From the NCBI GenBank assembly GCA_050311575.1, contig JBNOKO010000001.1, positions 520,408 to 584,407 on the forward strand: a DNA stretch of 64,000 bases, given 5' to 3'. Of the stretch, positions 58,913 to 64,000 are shown in pieces. Each line of letters opens with the position of its first letter. Within the stretch, counting starts at the first letter, position 1. A program made the translations under genes and the position numbers. The DNA comes from Candidatus Krakonobacterium acarorum (GTDB lineage Bacteria > Bacteroidota > Bacteroidia > SolTP2). The notes under the pieces are model-generated. The model was not told the origin of the DNA and did not search any database. It saw only the letters and a program-made list of their open reading frames with translations.

Positions 58913-60790
58913 TTAATTTTTTGTTGCGCCTGGGTTGTTAACTAAACATTTATATTTGAGCGAAGGGGATTCGATAAAATCACCTAAATTTAGTTTGGCC
59001 CATATATCGTCTATTTTATGGATAGTATCGTTATCAGATACTATTACGTTCGGCCATAGTCTACTAAAGTTATCTGTAGTGGAATTTTTACTGGTTGAGT
59101 CTATAAATATATAATCTCTATCCAAATTTGATAATTTATATATATCTCTAATTGGGTCTATATTGTTAAGCAACAGCCAAAAGAGATCAGAAATATCTAG
59201 TTGCTCTGCAGCTTTATCCATATATATTATGCAATTTATGTTACTTTTTCCTAGCAAAGATTTTATGTTGTCATTTAGATCATCTATGTAGTTCTTAGTT
59301 TTTTTCTCTATAAAGATAAAAACTATGGGTAATTGCATAGATAATAAATCGCAATTAATTTTGTATTCTTTAAGCTTTGTTTTTAGGTTATTTATATCCT
59401 GTGAGCTAATATTATCTTTGTCTATACTATTTTTATTAATCTTTTCTTCACTAAATTTTATTGTTGCATCTATAGCAAGTTTGCCTCCAAAAGCAAAATT
59501 TACTGAACTATGATCTAACACGTCCATAGGACCCTTCGTTATTAATAAATCGCTTCTAATATCGACATTCTTTATAATATGTTGTGCCAGCTCTTTATAG
59601 TTTGTTATATCTACATCGTTATTTACAACAACAATTATTTTAGCAAACATCATTTGACCTGCTCCCAGCAGAGCATTTACTACTTTTTGAGACTGCCCCG
59701 GGTAGCTCTTATTAATTTTTACTATAACTAAGTTGTGAAATACTCCTTCAACGGGCATATGTAAATCTTCAATTTCCGGAGATATACTAAATTTAATTGG
59801 CGGCAAAAATAATTTTTCTGTGGCCTTGCCTAACAAGGCATCTTCTTGTGGCGGTATACCAACTATTGTTGTAGGATATATTGCATTTTTTTTATGCGTT
59901 ATGCATGTTATATGAAATTTAGGATAAAAGTCTGCTAAAGAATAAAAACCAGTGTGGTCTCCAAATGGTCCCTCCAGTATTAAATCTTCGTTTACATCTA
60001 CGTAACCTTCGATTACAAAATCGCAATCTTCAGGTATATATAAGTCGTTAGTTATACATTTCACTAATTTAACCGGCTGTTTATTTAAAAAACCAGCTAA
60101 TATATATTCATCAACTCCATCTGGCAAAGGTGCTGTAGCTGCATATGTATAAATAGGATTCCCGCCTAAAGCTACTGAGATAGGCATTTTTGTATTTCTT
60201 TGTTTAAATAATTCGTAGTATCTAGCCGAACTTTTATGTTTATGCCAGTGCATACCTGTTAGTTGCCCATTAAATAGTTGCATTCTGTACATACCTAAAT
60301 TTTGAATATTAGTTTCAGGGTTTATAGTATGTACTAGCGGTAGGGTAATAAATTTGCCACCATCATAAGGCCAGCATTTAATTATGGGTATCTTGTTTAA
60401 GTCTGGGCTATTAATAATAACCTCTTGGCAAATGCCTCTTTTAGTAATTTTTTTAGGGAAAAAATTACTAATTTCTTTTAGTTTGTTTAAGGTTTTAAAT
60501 TTATCTAATAAGCTATTATTTGGTTTAAATAAACCTTTAAATAAATTATCTATTTTATCTGTAATTCCATTTAATGAACTTTCTTTTAGAGCTAATAAAA
60601 GGCGTTTTTCTGTACCAAAAATATTTGTAAGTACAGGAAAATCGTATCCGGTATTCATAAATAATAAAGCTGGACCGTTTGATTTAAAAACTCGATCAGT
60701 TATTTCAGAAATTTCTAATTCAGGATTAACTTTATAATCGATTATTTTTATTTCATTATGGTTTTTTAACAGATTTATAAAGTTTTGCAT
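58913..60790 (-). CDS. ubiD: UbiD-family (prFMN-dependent) decarboxylase
   Basis: The N-terminus IKIIDYKVNPELEISEITDRV...GPALLFMN matches UbiD, as do the central GPFGDHTGFY and WHKH. Length is 625 aa. Confidence 0.75.
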   Translation of the reverse strand: MQNFINLLKNHNEIKIIDYKVNPELEISEITDRVFKSNGPALLFMNTGYDFPVLTNIFGTEKRLLLALKESSLNGITDKIDNLFKGLFKPNNSLLDKFKTLNKLKEISNFFPKKITKRGICQEVIINSPDLNKIPIIKCWPYDGGKFITLPLVHTINPETNIQNLGMYRMQLFNGQLTGMHWHKHKSSARYYELFKQRNTKMPISVALGGNPIYTYAATAPLPDGVDEYILAGFLNKQPVKLVKCITNDLYIPEDCDFVIEGYVDVNEDLILEGPFGDHTGFYSLADFYPKFHITCITHKKNAIYPTTIVGIPPQEDALLGKATEKLFLPPIKFSISPEIEDLHMPVEGVFHNLVIVKINKSYPGQSQKVVNALLGAGQMMFAKIIVVVNNDVDITNYKELAQHIIKNVDIRSDLLITKGPMDVLDHSSVNFAFGGKLAIDATIKFSEEKINKNSIDKDNISSQDINNLKTKLKEYKINCDLLSMQLPIVFIFIEKKTKNYIDDLNDNIKSLLGKSNINCIIYMDKAAEQLDISDLFWLLLNNIDPIRDIYKLSNLDRDYIFIDSTSKNSTTDNFSRLWPNVIVSDNDTIHKIDDIWAKLNLGDFIESPSLKYKCLVNNPGATKN

Positions 60791-60802
60791 ACTTAAAACG
60801 TA

Positions 60803-61666
60803 TTAAGAGAGAATATTATAAAGGCTTGCGCTAATTTTATATACAAAAAAAGCACTTATTATACCAGCAATTACATCTATTGCATAATGTGCTTTTATAT
60901 ACACAGTAGCAAAAATTATAATCGTAAATATAGGTATCAGACAATAAAACAGCTTTATCTTATATTTATGACAAATAATTAATAATATAAGAGTTACACC
61001 AACGTGAGAAGAAGGAAAAGCACCAGTTGGCATTTCTGTATTCTGCAAGATTCCAACTATATAGGGAAAAAATCCATTTTTAGATACATAATTATATGGG
61101 GAGGAAAAGAAAAATTTAGGTCCAATTATAGGCACTAAGCAGTAGATTAGGTAGTAAGTATAAAAAGATGTAATTATAATAAATAATACTCTGGAAACTG
61201 ACTGAGGCCTCTTGTAATAAAATATTACAGGTACTAGAATTATTATAATAAAGTAGCATGAATACCCGAAATTTAATAATTCGTTTGTCCATACACTTTG
61301 AATGTATGATGAAAATTCTATTGCTGGATTTATCCCAAAAATTATTTTATCTAAATATATACAATAATGATCCAGGTCGTCAAAAAATATGTTTTTAGAT
61401 AATCTGGTTTCTGGATATAAATATCCTAAAAACCCAATAGGATAAGCATTCCTTATAATTTTAAGTATACAGTTGTTATACTTCAAATTTAATTTAATAG
61501 AGGTTATCATAATAAATAGAATGACTCCTCGCATTATTGTAGCTATATATAGATTGGTATAGTCGTGCGTGTTTATAATAGTGTTTACATATATAAGTAG
61601 TATGCTGATTAATAAGTATAGAATAGTCGCTTTGTCTATAGGCTGTAGCTTAATTAAATTACGCAT
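60803..61666 (-). CDS. PAP2-superfamily membrane phosphatase
   Basis: PSSHV and KAHYAIDVIAG are PAP2 motifs 2 and 3. Length is 287 aa with multiple TM helices. Confidence 0.55.
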   Translation of the reverse strand: MRNLIKLQPIDKATILYLLISILLIYVNTIINTHDYTNLYIATIMRGVILFIMITSIKLNLKYNNCILKIIRNAYPIGFLGYLYPETRLSKNIFFDDLDHYCIYLDKIIFGINPAIEFSSYIQSVWTNELLNFGYSCYFIIIILVPVIFYYKRPQSVSRVLFIIITSFYTYYLIYCLVPIIGPKFFFSSPYNYVSKNGFFPYIVGILQNTEMPTGAFPSSHVGVTLILLIICHKYKIKLFYCLIPIFTIIIFATVYIKAHYAIDVIAGIISAFFVYKISASLYNILS

Positions 61667-61667
61667 T

Positions 61668-63185
61668 TTAGTTATTTTCTGTTAAAAAGCTATTTATATT
61701 GCTGGTTAGTTTTTCTTTACCTATTAATTCTGCAATAATAAATACCGGGGGACCAGAAGGTAAACCAGAAATACTTATTCTGAAAGCTTTAAGCATATCT
61801 TTGGATTTTATATTTAAGCTTAATGCTGTTTCGTTAAATATATTTTCTATATCTCCAGCTAATAACTCTCCATTATGTTTCTTAAAATTATTAATTAATA
61901 ATTTTAAGAAATCTTTGTGCGTATTATTAAAATTTTTAATTAGAGACGTATCTAAATTCTTAGGGCTTTGGAAAAAGTAATAAGATTGATCCCATAACTG
62001 TGTTCTGAATGTTAATTTCTCCTTTATTAAGGATATAATTTTAAGTAAATATTTGTCGTCATTACAGCTAATATTATTTTCTTTTAGTTGCTTTTTTAGT
62101 AAGCCTAAAAAATATACTGGATCTTTTTCGCGTATATTTTGTTCATTAAACCATTTAGCTTTTTCAATATTAAATTTTGCTCCTGACTTACTTATTTTAT
62201 CTATAGAAAAAGCTTTAATAAGCTCTTGCATGCTAAACAATTCTTGATTTGTGCCAGGATTCCATCCTAATAAAGCTAACATATTAACAATCGCTTCAGG
62301 TTCGTAACCAGCTTCTTTAAATCCTAAATAGGCTTCTTTAGAGTTTTTGGGCTGCCAAGTAAGAGGGAATATAGGAATGTTTAATTTATCGCTATCGCGT
62401 TTACTAAGCTTACCTTTTCCACTAGGATTCAGTAAAAGTGGTAAATGTGCAAAATGCGGTATTTTGTCACTAATCTGTAAATATTTATATATAAGTACAT
62501 GCAGTGGCATCGATGGCAGCCATTCTTCGCCACGTATTACATGTGTAATACCCATTAAGTAATCGTCAACAACATTAGCTAAGTGATAAGTTGGCATGCC
62601 GTCACTTTTAAAAAGTACCTTGTCATCAAGTTCGGATGTATTGAAAGTAATTTTTCCTCTTATAAGGTCAGTAACCTGTAAAATTTCGTTACGAGGTAGT
62701 TTTATCCTAATAACATAAGGATGGTTTTTATTTAAAAGATCTTTAACTTCTGTTTCAGGAAGCGTTAAGGAATTTTTCATTGTCATCCTATTTATATAAT
62801 TGTAGGATGCCGACTTTACCGTACGTATTGCTTCAAGCTCGCCGGGTGTATCAAAAGCATAATAAGCACATCCGTTATTGATCAACTCTAATGCATATTT
62901 TTTATAAATGCTTTTACGTTCAGATTGTTTGTAAGGTTCATGCGGTCCACCTACTGAATATCCTTCGTCTATATTAATACTGCACCATTTAAGAGCCTCA
63001 AGTATATATTTTTCAGCTCCTTCAACAAAGCGTGAATTATCCGTATCTTCAATTCTTAAAATAAAAGTGCCATTATTTTTTTTTGCAAAAAGGTAATTGT
63101 ATAAAGCGGTCCTTAAGCCTCCTATATGTAAAGGGCCGGTTGGACTGGGTGCAAATCGTACTCGTACGGAAGCGTTCATATTCAT
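61668..63185 (-). CDS. gltX: Glutamate--tRNA ligase
   Basis: RFAPSPTGPLHIGG contains the HIGH motif and KLSKR is the KMSKS motif. Length is 505 aa. Confidence 0.9.
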   Translation of the reverse strand: MNMNASVRVRFAPSPTGPLHIGGLRTALYNYLFAKKNNGTFILRIEDTDNSRFVEGAEKYILEALKWCSINIDEGYSVGGPHEPYKQSERKSIYKKYALELINNGCAYYAFDTPGELEAIRTVKSASYNYINRMTMKNSLTLPETEVKDLLNKNHPYVIRIKLPRNEILQVTDLIRGKITFNTSELDDKVLFKSDGMPTYHLANVVDDYLMGITHVIRGEEWLPSMPLHVLIYKYLQISDKIPHFAHLPLLLNPSGKGKLSKRDSDKLNIPIFPLTWQPKNSKEAYLGFKEAGYEPEAIVNMLALLGWNPGTNQELFSMQELIKAFSIDKISKSGAKFNIEKAKWFNEQNIREKDPVYFLGLLKKQLKENNISCNDDKYLLKIISLIKEKLTFRTQLWDQSYYFFQSPKNLDTSLIKNFNNTHKDFLKLLINNFKKHNGELLAGDIENIFNETALSLNIKSKDMLKAFRISISGLPSGPPVFIIAELIGKEKLTSNINSFLTENN

Positions 63186-63244
63186 TTATATTTATATTAG
63201 CTAATATATTAAAAATCTATTTATTAGGGTTAAACGCAGTTATT

Positions 63245-64000
63245 ATGATACAGAAAGATAAATTAAAACTTTATAATAGTACTCCTCCTTCTATAAATAA
63301 ACTTGAGTTAATAAAACTTGCAAGCGCATGTAAGATAACTTTAACAAATAAAATAAAGTTATTTTACATGGTTGCCGATAATGTCGATTTAATAAAATTA
63401 ACTATAATTTTTAAAGATAATTCTATTTGGAGTAAAGAAGGAGCCTTAAATTCTTTAGCAGTAAGTAAATTAATAAAAGAAGGTAGCGAAAACTACTCTT
63501 CAGATAAGCTAAAATCTTTGATAGAAATTAACGGTGCAAAATTATTTACCAGTAGCAATAGTGACTTCATAACCATAGATTTATATGTCATAAAAGAAAA
63601 TTTTATTAAAACTTTATCTATTCTGGAAGAGATAATTACAAGACCAATTTTTCCACAATCAGAAATAGATAAATTTATTCTAGAGGCTAAAAATAAATTA
63701 TTAGTAAATCTGCAAAAAAATCAATATTTAGCCGGGCAAGAATTTAAAAAAGGTCTTTTTGGCGATAACAGTAAATTAGGTTATAGTATTAAAGAGGAAG
63801 ATTTTAATAATATAGATCGTAATAAACTAGTAGATTCTTACCAACAAAATTTTCAAGCTGCTAATTGTGTTGTTATAGCAACTGGTAATATATCTGAATC
63901 TGATATGATAGAGCTAAAAGCGATGCTTGGTGCCTTAAAATTTAATAGCTCTTCTTCCAATATTAAAATAAACGAGCAACAGGAAGGATTAATTGCTACT
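63245..64000 (+). CDS. Insulinase (M16)-like domain protein, 3'-truncated by the window edge. The visible part has no HxxEH motif.
   Basis: I translated the frame by hand and it is open from the ATG at 63245 to the window end. The composition and length are M16 non-catalytic-domain-like (FKKGLFGDNSKLGYSI, VVIATGNISE). The family assignment is weak. Confidence 0.35.
   Translation, partial: MIQKDKLKLYNSTPPSINKLELIKLASACKITLTNKIKLFYMVADNVDLIKLTIIFKDNSIWSKEGALNSLAVSKLIKEGSENYSSDKLKSLIEINGAKLFTSSNSDFITIDLYVIKENFIKTLSILEEIITRPIFPQSEIDKFILEAKNKLLVNLQKNQYLAGQEFKKGLFGDNSKLGYSIKEEDFNNIDRNKLVDSYQQNFQAANCVVIATGNISESDMIELKAMLGALKFNSSSSNIKINEQQEGLIAT

Noticed and set aside
34937-62562. More short overlapping or antisense ORFs at 34937-35134(-), 39520-39828(-), 44814-45146(+), 45586-45876(+), 47104-47652(+), 50459-50941(+), 54328-54723(+), 55602-56474(+), 56635-56853(+), 59325-59513(+), 60384-60737(+), 61699-62562(+)
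   Set aside because: The reasoning is the same. They are shadow ORFs inside mutL, recJ, hflX, lptB, the lipoprotein paralogues, the TBDR, dusB, psd, ubiD and gltX.
1-64000. CRISPR arrays, transposases, integrases, phage or plasmid genes, and toxin-antitoxin pairs
   Set aside because: I found no direct-repeat/spacer periodicity anywhere. Neither tRNA is flanked by an integrase or by a direct repeat of its 3' end. No transposase-like or recombinase-like translation appears in any frame.

Overview
The window is a 64 kb chromosomal segment from an AT-rich genome (about 30-35 % GC by eye; proteins rich in N, K and I). Gene content points to Bacteroidota, probably Flavobacteriia-like. Evidence is a holB-PSP1-gldH-like gene order, a TonB-dependent receptor with HmuY-like lipoproteins, DUF3810, SufBCDS and a lack of visible Shine-Dalgarno sequences. 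The region is overwhelmingly housekeeping and densely packed with intact genes. Key housekeeping calls: clpC, nuoD (isolated), fmt, sbcC, truB, uppP, sufSDCB, RNase G, nrdAB, HU, a Nif3 plus zinc-ribbon pair, a dhs-like gene with efp, mutL, lptB, recJ, hflX, dusB, psd, cdsA, ubiD and gltX. Two tRNAs are present, Ala-GGC on + and Phe-GAA on -. I saw no CRISPR array, transposase, integrase or obvious pseudogene. Five things stand out. (1) A TonB-dependent receptor is translationally coupled to a tandem array of five paralogous lipoproteins that I tentatively place in the HmuY family; parts of the intergenic DNA are duplicated too. (2) An active rhomboid protease is immediately followed by a paralogue that has lost all its catalytic residues. 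(3) A deoxyhypusine-synthase-like gene with its catalytic lysine intact sits 2 nt downstream of efp, yet the EF-P loop has Asn where Lys or Arg is expected. (4) A 1 kb ORF-free, AT-rich gap upstream of nrdA contains a candidate 29-aa ultra-basic peptide gene. (5) nuoD stands alone next to a tRNA, and sbcC has no sbcD beside it. All functional calls come from motif recognition in the supplied translations. I ran no database searches.
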